A stretch of 64,000 nucleotides of DNA. Origin: Cystobasidiomycetes sp. EMM_F5. Taxonomy: Eukaryota. A model generated the notes under the pieces. It did not search any database, was not told where the DNA came from, and saw only the letters and a program-made list of their open reading frames with translations. Positions 25,069 through 35,685 of this stretch are shown here, in pieces; the first letter of the stretch is position 1; the number at the start of each line of letters is the position of its first letter. Made by a program: the position numbers and the translations under genes. The stretch is from contig JBPGPT010000004.1 in the NCBI GenBank assembly GCA_051047955.1, positions 682,001 through 746,000 on the forward strand. The letters run 5' to 3'.

Positions 25069-28000
25069 ATGGCGGCGTCAACGACAAACAACATCAAGGT
25101 GGTCTGCAGGTTGGTCGCAGGGAGATAGCCAGAGGCTCAGCGGGATGGCTGTGGACGAGTAGGACTGCAAACTCACGCCGCCCCAACAGGTTCAGGCCGC
25201 CAAACTCGCTCGAACTCGACAGAGGGGGCAGCATCATTGCCGATATCGACGACACGCAGACCAACGTCCAGCTCAAGGGAGCGCTCGCTGATGCCTCGCC
25301 CGGGGGGTTCAACTATGACCGCGTGTTTGGGATGCAGTCGTCCCAGGAAGAGATATTCGAGTACGGCGTCAGAGGTATCGTCCAGGACGTCGTCGCGGGG
25401 TACAACGGGACAGTGTTTGCATACGGCCAGACTGGATCCGGAAAGAGTTTCACAATGATGGTGAGTTGGGCTGAAACACCCGGACAGAGTGTCTATATAA
25501 TAGACACGGCCATTCCTAACGCGTAAACATCCCAGGGCGCAAGCATTGACGATCCCAAACTACGTGGCCTCATCCCTCGCATTACCGAGCACATCTTCAG
25601 CACTATCATGGAAAGTCCCGCCAACTTGGAGTACCTCGTCAAAGTCTCCTATATGGAAATCTACATGGTGCGCATATTTCGACTCTGCTGTCGTCGAGAT
25701 GGGCTGACTGCGTGTAAAGGAACGCATTCGCGACTTACTAGCACGTACATGGTCGGCAGTCCTTTGCTTACATGTACATGTACTGACGTGCCGCTTGTCG
25801 TAGCGCAAAACGACAATCTCCCGATACACGAGGACAAGACACGCGGCGTATACATCAAGAATCTCTCAGACTACTACGTCGGCAGTGCCGATGAAGTCTA
25901 CGAGATTATGCGGCAGGGAGGCCTTGCGAGGGTGACAACGTCGACAAGTAGGTCATGGCCCTGCAATTATAAGCGAATGCTGACATGACGCAACGACCGG
26001 TTTGTCACTCAGACATGAACGCCGAATCGTCTCGCTCACACTCTATATTTGTCATTACCATCACGCAAAGAAATACCGAAACCGGAACGCAAAAGTCTGG
26101 TAACCTGTACCTGGTTGATTTGGCTGGAAGTGAAAAAGTAGGCAAAACGGGAGCGAGCGGGCAAACGCTGGAAGAAGCAAAAAAGATCAACAAGAGCTTA
26201 TCGGCTCTAGGAATGGTCATCAACGCTTTGACCGACGGAAAGGTCCGTGCGCAAGGCTACAATTATACATAGATTCTAATGCAAAGCGACACCCTTCTCT
26301 GCGCCTCTAGTCATCTCACATCCCGTACAGGGACTCGAAGCTCACTCGGATATTACAAGAGTCGTTAGGCGGCAATTCTCGGACAACGCTCATCATTAAT
26401 TGCTCGCCCTGCGAATACAACGAAGCGGAAACATTGTCAACATTGCGTTTCGGTATTCGGGCAAAGAGCATAAAGAACAAGGCGCGTATCAATGCCGAAC
26501 TGTCCCCTTCCGAGCTCAAGAACCTGCTCAAGAAGGCGCAACGAGATGTCGAAAAGTATCAGGCGTATATTGGCCTTGTTGAGCAGGAGCTGGCATCATG
26601 GCGTGCTGGAGGTCAAGTTGATAAGGCGCAGTGGGCCAGCATGGAGAAAGCGCTTGGCTTACAGCCAGGAGAGGCTGCGGCATTGGCGAATAAAGCAGGT
26701 TCGCCGAAATTGAACGGGACAGACGACGCGTCTCCCGGATCCAACACGACATCAGCAGGTCGAGCGACACCACGGACACCTGCTCTTGACTCGCTGCGGA
26801 ATGCAGATAGTCGACCCGATACGCCGACCTCTGCAGCAACAGACAAGGACGAGCGGGAGGAGTTCTTACGCCGTGAGAACGAACTGATGGACCAGCTGTC
26901 TGAACGGGAAAGTACTGCATTCGCTCAGGAAAAGCAGCTGAAAGAATTGCAAGAAGAGATTGCACAGCTTCGCCAACGAGAAGCAGAGGCGTCGAGCGAA
27001 ACCAAGGCTATGTCAGCAGAGTTGGGCGATCTTCGACTACAGGCTGAGCGCCTGACGTACGAGAGCAAAGAGGCAGCCATTTTGGCGGAGTCCACTAAGG
27101 AGCAAAACCACGATCTGGCCCTTGAGCTGGAAGAACTCCGCAAATCGCTGGCAGAAGCCAAATCTTTGCAGAAGTCCAACGTTGATGCCGACAAGGAACG
27201 AAAAAAGGCGGAGAAACTTGCTTTACTCATGGGTAATTTCGATAGCGGAATAGCATCAGAAAAGGAGGAAGAGATACGATCAACTCTGCTCAAACTGGAT
27301 CAAGCTGTGGAATTACAGACCGTGCTCACACCTAGCGATATCAGCTTGTTCAAATCTCAGCTACTGTCTGCGCAGATGATGGCTCGCCAACAAAGTGAGA
27401 AGAGCAAGCAGACTATGGAAGAATATCAAGCACTTGCCCGGCGTAGAGAGGAGATGGAGTCGCGTATACTGTCGCTTGAGCAAGAATGCGAAGAGCTGCT
27501 TGATAAAGGCGGCGCAGAAAGCGATCCTGACTTCCGAGCCAAGGTAGAGGCTGAGCATTCTGCAAGACGGGACACTACGCAACGAGAACTGGTCGAAGCG
27601 AAACTTCAGCTCGACAGAAAAGCTCAGGAGATCAGGGAGCTACAGATATCTACGGAAGCCTTAAAGAACGCTAACGAGGAGTTGAGAGTACGTGTACACG
27701 CTTGGTGGAACGAAGCCAGCTTACATGCTGACGACGTATATCATAGCGCGCTTTCGCCATCACAGCAGCTGCTAGCGAAGGTGCCCAAAACCTCGCGGAG
27801 TCTGCCAAAGAGATGGAGAGAACCCGCAAAGTCATGGCGACCCAGCTAGCCGATTTTGATACTATGAAGAAGTCGCTGATGCGGGACTTGCAAGACCGTT
27901 GCGAAAAGGCACGCTCATTCGACTTCGCTTGAATTGAATCAGCGCTGATGTAGTGCTGACAGGTTGTCGAGCTCGAGATATCCTTGGACGACATCCGCGA

Positions 28001-28562
28001 ACAATATAACAATGTCTTGAGAAACAGCAATAGCAAAGCTCAGCAGCGGAAAATGGATTTCTTGACGAGAAATCTTGATCAGCTAGCAATCGTGCAGCGA
28101 CAGGTACGCTATCATTGCTTACAAACATCAACAGTATCAATTGAGGCCAACTTGAACACACTTTAGCTTGTCGAGCAGAACTCGTCGCTGAAGCGTGATG
28201 TCGTCCTCGCCGAGAAACGGCTAATGGCGCGCAACGAACGGATACAGAACCTCGAGACGTTCTTGCAAGATGCACAGGATAAGCTCAATAGTGCAAACGC
28301 CCGCTTTGAGCTGCAGATGCAAGCAGTTCGGGAGCGCATGGCACAGGCACAAGCGCAACGGACGCAAGTGATGGGTGGCGCTCTCAATCTGGGATCGAGA
28401 ATAGCAAGGCCCCTGCGAGGCGGCGGTGGACAAGATCCTGCTGGTCTGGTGAAGTCACCGGAAGCGAAACGTACATCGTGGTTTGTGAGTTCTCATTTGC
28501 GTGGAAAAAGGGAAGGAAGTTCAAGGCTGACGGGATCTTGACCGGATTAGTTCAACAGTTGA
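25069..28562 (+). CDS. KIN1: Conventional kinesin heavy chain (kinesin-1), multi-exon
   Basis: [12 protein letters not shown]-loop YGQTGSGKS, switch [11 protein letters not shown], switch [31 protein letters not shown], coiled coil, fungal tail [33 protein letters not shown]. Confidence 0.96.
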
Positions 28563-28709
28563 TTTGCTACTATATTATCGTTAGTAATAGCAGTAGCATG
28601 GTTTGTAGACAGGTCCGTTGTTGTCATATTTGCGCGGCAACATGTTTTCACGTGGTAATGGGCATGAGTGGAGCACGTTCTGCGATGTACGACTATAGGT
28701 GCATCAAAA

Positions 28710-29068
28710 TAGTCAGCCTGTCTCGGACGGGTAGAATCCCAAAAGCGCTTAAATGCAAGAGGAGAGGATATATTGAAGTCTGCAACCAGCAATTAGCTAC
28801 GCCTCAGTTTCACTTCGATGGCAGTACCGCGTGCCCGAGCACAAAGATGAAAAGTCTCCGCTTTTTTGCGTGCATATAACGCTTTTCATGAGCGAAAGTC
28901 TTTCGTCATCAGTTCTTACGAGGGCGGCAGGCATTTCCCGGTGGAGTCAAAAGTTTGCTGGCAGGTAGCAAACGAGTGCGCAGCGCGTCAATGCTGGATG
29001 TCTGCGATATGCTGTGAGCGCGCTGTCCGGGTGCGGCAGGCTCGTTGGGTTTTGCGGGACTGACGGGA
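28710..29068. repeat. Left arm of a ~360-bp imperfect inverted duplication (partner 30905..31271): U4 gene plus upstream region
   Basis: Manual alignment to the reverse complement of 30905-31271, with long identical blocks such as TGCAACCAGCAATTAGCTACGCCTCAGTTT and CGTGCCCGAGCACAAAGATGAAAAGTCTCCGCTTTTTTGCGT. Confidence 0.92.
28714..28848 (-). ncRNA. U4: U4 snRNA, divergent second copy (variant or pseudogene)
   Basis: Reverse strand reads ATCTTTGTGCTCGGGCACGCGGTACTGCCATCGAAGTGAAACTGAGGCGTAGCTAATTGCTGGTTGCAGACT..., nearly identical to the 31132 copy. The Sm site is GATTCTAC and two stems are disrupted. The 3' end is approximate. Confidence 0.78.
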
Positions 29069-29241
29069 CGAAGGGCGTCGAATAGGGCGGTTGAGGCGGA
29101 GATGGGGTCGTGTATGGTAATCTACACAAGACGTGCTTCTGGCAGGATCAAGCTTGGAATCGCTAGAAGCAACAACATACCGTGCACTGCATCGAAACCC
29201 ACTACGTAATGCGAGTTTTACTGCCTAGTCCACTGCATTGC

Positions 29242-30630
29242 TCAGCTAGACAGTTTCAGTATGCCACAGAGCCGGCAAGTCCAGTACGCATGTTCCGTTT
29301 CTCCACCGCACCGATGGCAGATCCTGCACGTTGTCCACTGTCAGTTTGACAGACGACAACACCAGGCAAGCGATGCTTACCAGTGTGTTTTAGTCTTCAC
29401 ATTGCCGTTTGTCTCCCAAGCAGGCGGCTGCCATGGAGCAGTGTCGGTGCCTTGTGTAGGGTGAACACCCTCACGAACGGATCCGCAGACCTCGCACGCC
29501 AAAGCCTGCGGTTTGTCATTTTCAAAAGTGCATGTTGAGCAGGTCCAGTACTTTGGTGCTACAGGCTGAACGTGCTGCTTGTGCGACAAAGGTGCAGAAC
29601 TGGATGCAGGTTGTCGCTTTGGAACGCTCATTATGGGCGCGCTGTTGATTTCTATCACCTCAATGTCTGAGTCGCTGTCGCTGCCCTTGACCACCTTCCT
29701 GTTTTGCTGATTAGAAGAGGACGATCCTACGCGTGACATCTCCTTCTGCTCCATGTTGGGTAAGCGTGCAGATGTTGTTGCATGCAATTGCGCATCGCTT
29801 GCCGTGTCTTGCTCGGCCTTCTCCGCCTCATGCGCCACAGTAGCATCGGCAACCCCTTCTCCATGTCCACAAGCTTTCGAATCTCTGGCTCTTCGCTCAG
29901 CCGCAGCAGCGGCTAACTCTCGCGGGCTCTTGCCGGCATTGGCACGATTGGCAACTCCCAGTGTCCGACCGCCAGGAGGCCCCATTATTTTTGCCAATTT
30001 AGCTCGCTTCCCCGCTTCTGCCAACGCTTTTGCACGCGCTTCGTATGGGTTTAGATTATGACTGCCACCCATTCGTTTGCCGTCACTGAGGAAACCTTCT
30101 CCGCTGTAACCGCTCGACCGCAGGACGTCGTATTCGTCCTGTAGCTTGTCGAGAAAGGCGTAAAAGTTCTTGTCGTGGGGTCCGTGAAAATTATGGCTGA
30201 ATTCGTGAAGCAATGTGCCTACAAGCATCTCTTCCAACGGTAGAAAGCTGTTCTTGTCATGGTGAGGGCGTAGTCTGATGAATATCTTCTGGCCCCGGTT
30301 CATGTTCATGCCTGAGACGACAAGATGTACAACAAGCGTGTCAGTATGTGAAAGTACACGATGAAGAGCTTGTATGAAGTGTGCAGGTGTCATGGCTGGC
30401 TAACCTAGGAGGCCGGGGTTTTCAGGAAAGAACTCGACCAGCTGCGGCAGGTACCATCCGCTGCAACGACGCATCAGCTCAAGTCTACAATGCGAGTAAA
30501 AGCACACTGACTACTTCTTCTGTATGGGTTTGCACAGACTATGCAGTTTCTTGAGCAACTCCATGGCCTCTTCGCGTCTCGGCATATCCTTCAGGACTTT
30601 GAAGTCGCCAACTCCTCCGGGCTCGTTCAT
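29242..30630 (-). CDS. WSS1: Wss1/WLM-domain DNA-dependent metalloprotease with C-terminal zinc fingers
   Basis: LVEFFPENPGLL|GMNMNRGQKIFIRLR, HExxH motif LLHEFSHNFHGPHD, SHP-like GEGFLSDGKRMGG, VIM-like RELAAAAAERR, SIM-like DSDIEVIEI, RanBP2-type WTCSTCTFEN..ACEVC and WICHRC..WTCRLC. Confidence 0.93.
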
Positions 30631-30904
30631 GGTGCTGCCAGCTCAGTCCATAAGCGCTCGGTGAACGTGCAGTCAGTATGCACACGCGAGCGGGTCTCTC
30701 ATCTGGCTTGGACATCCGCGTCAGCTTGGAATGGTCTGGATCAAAATCCAAGTTGAAACTGACGCGTCAGCCTGAACCAATATCATGGAGGTCTGGAGCC
30801 AGGTGGCCGGCTGAGCAAGTGCGAGCGGGGTAGTGTTCAACAATATCTGCGATTATACTGGTCCACATAGCGTACTGATGGCTCGCAAATGACAACGTTC
30901 CCCC

Positions 30905-31271
30905 TCCCATCAATCCCGCAACTGCCAATTCGTTGCCGCACCCGGCCAGGGCACACACAGCACATCGCAGATGTCCACCGTTGTCACACTGCGCACTCGC
31001 TTACAACCTGCCAGCGCAACCTCAGCTCCACCGACAAACGCTCGTCGCCCTCGTCAGAACTGAATGACGAAAGACTTTCGCTGTTGAAACGGGAGATAGA
31101 GTATATATACGCAAAAAAGCGGAGACTTTTCATCTTTGTGCTCGGGCACGCGCTACTGCCATTGAAGTGAAAACTGAGGCGTAGCTAATTGCTGGTTGCA
31201 AACTACAATCCATCCTCTCCTCTTGCGCTTAAGCGCATTTGGGAATTTCTGCCCGCCGAAAGGTGTCTATT
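30905..31271. repeat. Right arm of the inverted duplication (partner 28710..29068)
   Basis: Same manual alignment as the left arm. Confidence 0.92.
31132..31266 (+). ncRNA. U4: U4 spliceosomal snRNA (canonical-looking copy)
   Basis: 5' AUCUUUGUGCUCGGGC (U4/U6 stem II). 5' stem-loop GCUAC-UGCC-AUUGA..CUGA-GGC-GUAGC with kink-turn, compare metazoan GCCAAUGAG..CCGAGGC. Stem I UUGCUGGUUG, hairpin UGCGC-UUAA-GCGCA, Sm site AAUUUCUG (31244-31251), terminal hairpin CGCC-GAAA-GGUG. TATATA about 25-30 nt upstream. Confidence 0.9.
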
Positions 31272-32124
31272 ACGAAACTTTACGTTTTGTCGAAATTGTT
31301 CAGACATCGCGCGTTCGAGTCTGCTCGACTTTTGTCTCGAGCTGCTTCTTGTATCGATTGTACAAGGCAATGACTGGTGCTGATGACTCCCCGTGACGCT
31401 TTCGCTACATCGCTACATCTTCCCACTCTAAGCACCAGCTACCTCAGCCCGTATACCCTTGATTGCTCCGCTGACGGCGATTGAGCTGATTGGGGAACGC
31501 ACTTCGTCCATCCTGTCGCATATGCACCAATTCTAGAGACTTCACATAATACCACGCCGTGCTAAGCACAACCTCGTATTGTCAAAGCCTTGCTGCTAGT
31601 GTGCTCAAGACGTCCATCCTGAATCTATCCTCAAGATGTCTCTCGTATACTAATAGCAGGCTTCATCTGGCTTCTCCATTCTGGCACTGCAATAAGCCTT
31701 TGGCTCGGATTTGACAAGCATATTTATACTGCGAATTATGCACCTCCCCCATGCTTGTAGGTCTCCTTGCCGCTTGTCTGTGGTGCAGAGGTTCTGATGA
31801 GGATCACACTCGCAGGTGCACGGGTTACTACTATTGCCATTGAAGTTTACGACTGAGGCGTAATCATTTGCCTGGATGCAAACTATTACCAACCCCCCTC
31901 CAATCAAGCCAGCCGCAGTTGGCATGGTTGGGAATTTCTGTCATATGACGCTGTAACGTTCATACAATCTCTTTTTTCTTGCGTCGATGTTCGGTCTCGC
32001 AGATGTCGCAGTTCAGTGCGCAATCTGGGCCAACAAGCTGCAGCAAACGATGACACCTTTTCGCTCTGTTGTACACAAGTCGTGCACTGTATTTACTTCG
32101 ACTGTTAAGGTGGCGACTCGTAAT

Positions 32125-33681
32125 CTACACTGACGGAGGTGCCGCTCTATTCATTGCCTTCAATGCCAATTCATACCCTAGGAAGGTCGCTGCGTTAGCT
32201 GGAACTGCGCGGACCATTGCTGGGCCGAGACCCTTGAAGAGTGCGGTCGGTCCCTTTTGCTTGACGAGCTGACTGGCACAGTCCATGAAGCCCTTGTATG
32301 TGCCCTGCGGTGCTCCTTGGAGCCGCGACTTGATAGTCTGTAGTTGACATGGACTTTAGTATATTCCCTACCCTGAGACATTCATATACACACATCTGGA
32401 GGGATGGCTATACTCCACATCGCGACACCAGCCGCAGCTCCAGCTACCATGACTGATCCAAGATTGAGGTCGGCTGGATTTGCGCCTGCTGGGGTCATCG
32501 CGAGCTTGACTGCTTCATACGCTGCAAAGTATCTGACGACGGTTGCCAAAGTATCAGAATATTGGTTTCGTATTGGTAGCGACTAGACTGACGCTGCGCT
32601 GCCCGGAGCATCTCGAGCAATCGTTGCACCGGTTCCCCTGAACAGGCTCTTTACTCCGCCTTCCTTGTATAGTTGACCCACTACATCTAAAGGCCCCTTG
32701 TATTGCGGAGTCGGTCTCTGCCCATCAATCTACGAAATGGCACAGGGTCAGACTTTGTCACGCCCAGTCGGGGGCGGCTGACTGACCTGCAATACGACCT
32801 TGACACGCTCGACGGGCGCCGCTACGAAAGCCATTGGGATGGCACTGAAAGCACCAGCTATCGCCAGTTCTGTGATGCTGAGTGGAACAGTATCGGGTTT
32901 GCTCGTCGCAGCGTAGACTAGCTTCTTGCCCATTGCGTAACCCTGTTTAGCATATCTACCCTGGTCAGCGTTATGTCAATTTTGGAAGATTTGGATGGAC
33001 GCGCCCAGAATGACACGGCAAACATTGGAGTTACGCCGACTGTGGGAGGATAAGCATGATAGCAAGTCAGCATGCGATGGTCTTGTGCGTGGTACATTCT
33101 CGTTGCGGCATACCCAACGGCGATCCCATGCCCTTGTAGAAACTGCGTAGAGATAGGCTTCAGACGAACCTTGTCAACACCGTAGTGAACGTCGACTCAC
33201 CCCTTCAGGCCGTCCTTTGCCATCGTTTTCCGTGTAACGTCCATTGCGCCGGTATAAGTTCCCTCTGGCGCCGTTTGTAAGCGTACTTTGACCTGACAGT
33301 GGCATGTTGAGTGAGCAACGTTGTACAACAGCAGTAGTGTTTGATAACTAAGGACTGACCATATCGAACGGCTGCCCGACGAGAACAGCGCATACACCAC
33401 CCACACCGCCTGCGACAAAACTCTTGAATGACGACGTCTTTCCTTTCGTATCTTCTGCCAGCTTCTTTGCGGCATCATCGCTCGTTGTCGGCGACGAGGG
33501 CGTGGGAGAAGCGATACCTGACGGCGAGAGTATCTTTGGGTCCGGACTTGCGGGAGTTCCGCGAGTTGTCGCTGAGTTGATTTGGAGTGAGCAGAATGGA
33601 TGTGAAAGAAGATACGCCGTGTCAGCTAACAGCGCCCGAGTATTGGCAACTCGCTGAGAAATAGAACGTACAGGTCGCCAT
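32125..33681 (-). CDS. CRC1: Mitochondrial carnitine/acylcarnitine carrier (Crc1/AcuH-like), multi-exon
   Basis: Three carrier repeats: SFVAGGVGGVCAVLVGQPFDM|VKVRLQT, AAPVERVKVVLQ, IAIPPDV..KSMLQT region. Also GVTPMFAVSFW and PANAATFLGYE. The first exon is 10 nt (ATGGCGACCT). Confidence 0.88.
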
Positions 33682-35685
33682 AATTAGGCACGGCGAATCT
33701 TTTGGCAGATAGTCAGTCAGTATGGGCGGAAGAGTCGCAGACAGTCGCTGGAGCTTGTCGTGTGAGTGGAATGAGCGTGAGTTCGGTGTCGCGGCTTGTC
33801 GATGATTGCAATTGGCAAAGGTCAAAGAACAAGTCCGGGAACTGCCAAAAGCGCGGACCGGTGAGGATATCCTATATCGCCCCGAGGGTGTCGAAAGACA
33901 TCGCGATTCTATTGCATGCTGAGCTCTACAACAGTCTGCGTTTGTACTATCCGACGCTGTGTATCCCTAGTCCGACTTTGGCGTATATTTGTATTCCGTT
34001 ATTTCTGCATCAGGTATATCAGCACAGACTACGCTACACGCAGCCTCATTTCACATCAGAATGCTCACGTCAGTAGTCCCTTATGCAAGCGCATGCCCTC
34101 ACAGATGAATCCGGACTTCTCCGCTTTGCATAGATTGACATCTACATCTTGTTGTTTCATCATTCGTTTGAAACTCCCAAGCCATCTCGACCATCTCCGC
34201 TTCGAGAAAATGTCTGATGGACATCGTCCGCTGTGTACAAAGGGTTTCCAGCTGCTCGAAACCCATCAGTCAGTCAGTCAGTCTTTGTCAGTGTGTACCA
34301 CTCTGCGCGTCAGTCCCAGTCGAGCACCGTCTGACGGGATATCGACGTTAGCAACACTCTGTGTGACCGTGTCCAATCTCGAGCATGCATTAGCATTACT
34401 TTATCCCCAATCTTTCATCTTTTGCTCGCCGTTTCATCAGCTCACCCAGTTGTCCGGACCCCAACCCATCCCGACTCGCCCTTCACGGCGCAAGAAGGAC
34501 TGGGGGACGCATCCATCAACAGCAACGGCAGTGGTTACCCATTACTACGCCAGCTGGGTCAATCCCATCCTGGACCATCGAGGCCGCCGCAAAGTTTCAG
34601 ATTGCCAGACGCATAATTGCTCGAGTCAGCCCGTCACGGCGTCGACGACGAGCACTGGCGAGGTCTCCAAGCGATTGGATATACTGCATATAACTGCCCA
34701 GTGTACGCCGTGTCCGTGTTGCATTTCAATCCCCCAGCTGACTGGGCCCATTCGCAGATTTTCACAAAAATTCAGACCTCACAAACCGCTGAAAAGGTCT
34801 TGAGTGACGCTGAGTAGGCCCCATCAACCATCGAGCAACAATACGAGGATACTACTGGCTGCGGGCTACAGCGTCGCATTCACGCTCCTCATCTACCATA
34901 TCCTCCCGCTTACGCCCCTTTGCGATCAGTCTGAAATCCTTCCACGTCGCCACACTTTCCCGCCGACATCATTGAGCGATATCGTCCGCAAAGCATCACA
35001 GACGCGTTTGTGTGTGTGTGACGACTGTGACTCTCGGCCGTCAGACCGGTGTCTGCAAAGTCGGACAAAGTACTCGACCCACCGAAAAAGTCTTTAAAAC
35101 TAGACAAAACCCCCGACTTTTCTCATTCAAGTTTAGCATTAATTACGCATTTATTGTAACGACCGTCTCTCATTGTTCGACCGCCCCGACTGTCAGGATC
35201 CACGCTGTTTGAGCCTCCATCAATCGAGGCTTGGTACCAGCCAACTCCGACGCTCGGAAATTTACGTCACTCATTCTGCATTTCTCATACGCCGCAAAAA
35301 GGTGGACATTACTTGGATCTCCTCCCCTGGACTTTCCGAGAAACTCCGTCTTTCGCTGGCATCTCATTCAAAACTGGTAGAGTTATTTCTATTCATTACA
35401 CAGTAGCTCACCACAAATCAACGGCAAGGGTTCGTACGACATTCCTATAAAGTCGGAGTCATCGCACAAAACTCGCCGATTTCAAGAAGTCAAGGTCTCA
35501 CTGATCACTGCGACCTCAAGCGTCGTTCTCGTCACACTTTCGAGTATTCAGTTTAGACTCGTAAATTGACAGACTTTGCGTTTGCGACTGTTCGCAGATA
35601 GCAGAGACAGGCTTCTTGCCTACTCTTGCGCGTCTGTAGGGTGGTTGAGCGGTATTTATTGCCGCTCCGCCGCCTTTATCAGTCT

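Noticed and set aside
28710..31271. Inverted repeats read as terminal inverted repeats of a Pack-MULE/foldback transposon carrying WSS1
   Set aside because: The arms are explained by U4 snRNA plus its upstream DNA. No target-site duplication or transposase is visible, and WSS1 is an ordinary intron-containing gene.
31311..31325. GTTCGAGTC, tRNA T-loop/B-box-like
   Set aside because: No cloverleaf, A-box or T-stem pairing surrounds it.
33916..34803. 295-aa ORF upstream of the cyclin
   Set aside because: Cys/Ser/Arg-rich, non-protein-like composition with no domain. More likely leader or promoter DNA. Only the ATG at 34210 is kept as a possible uORF.
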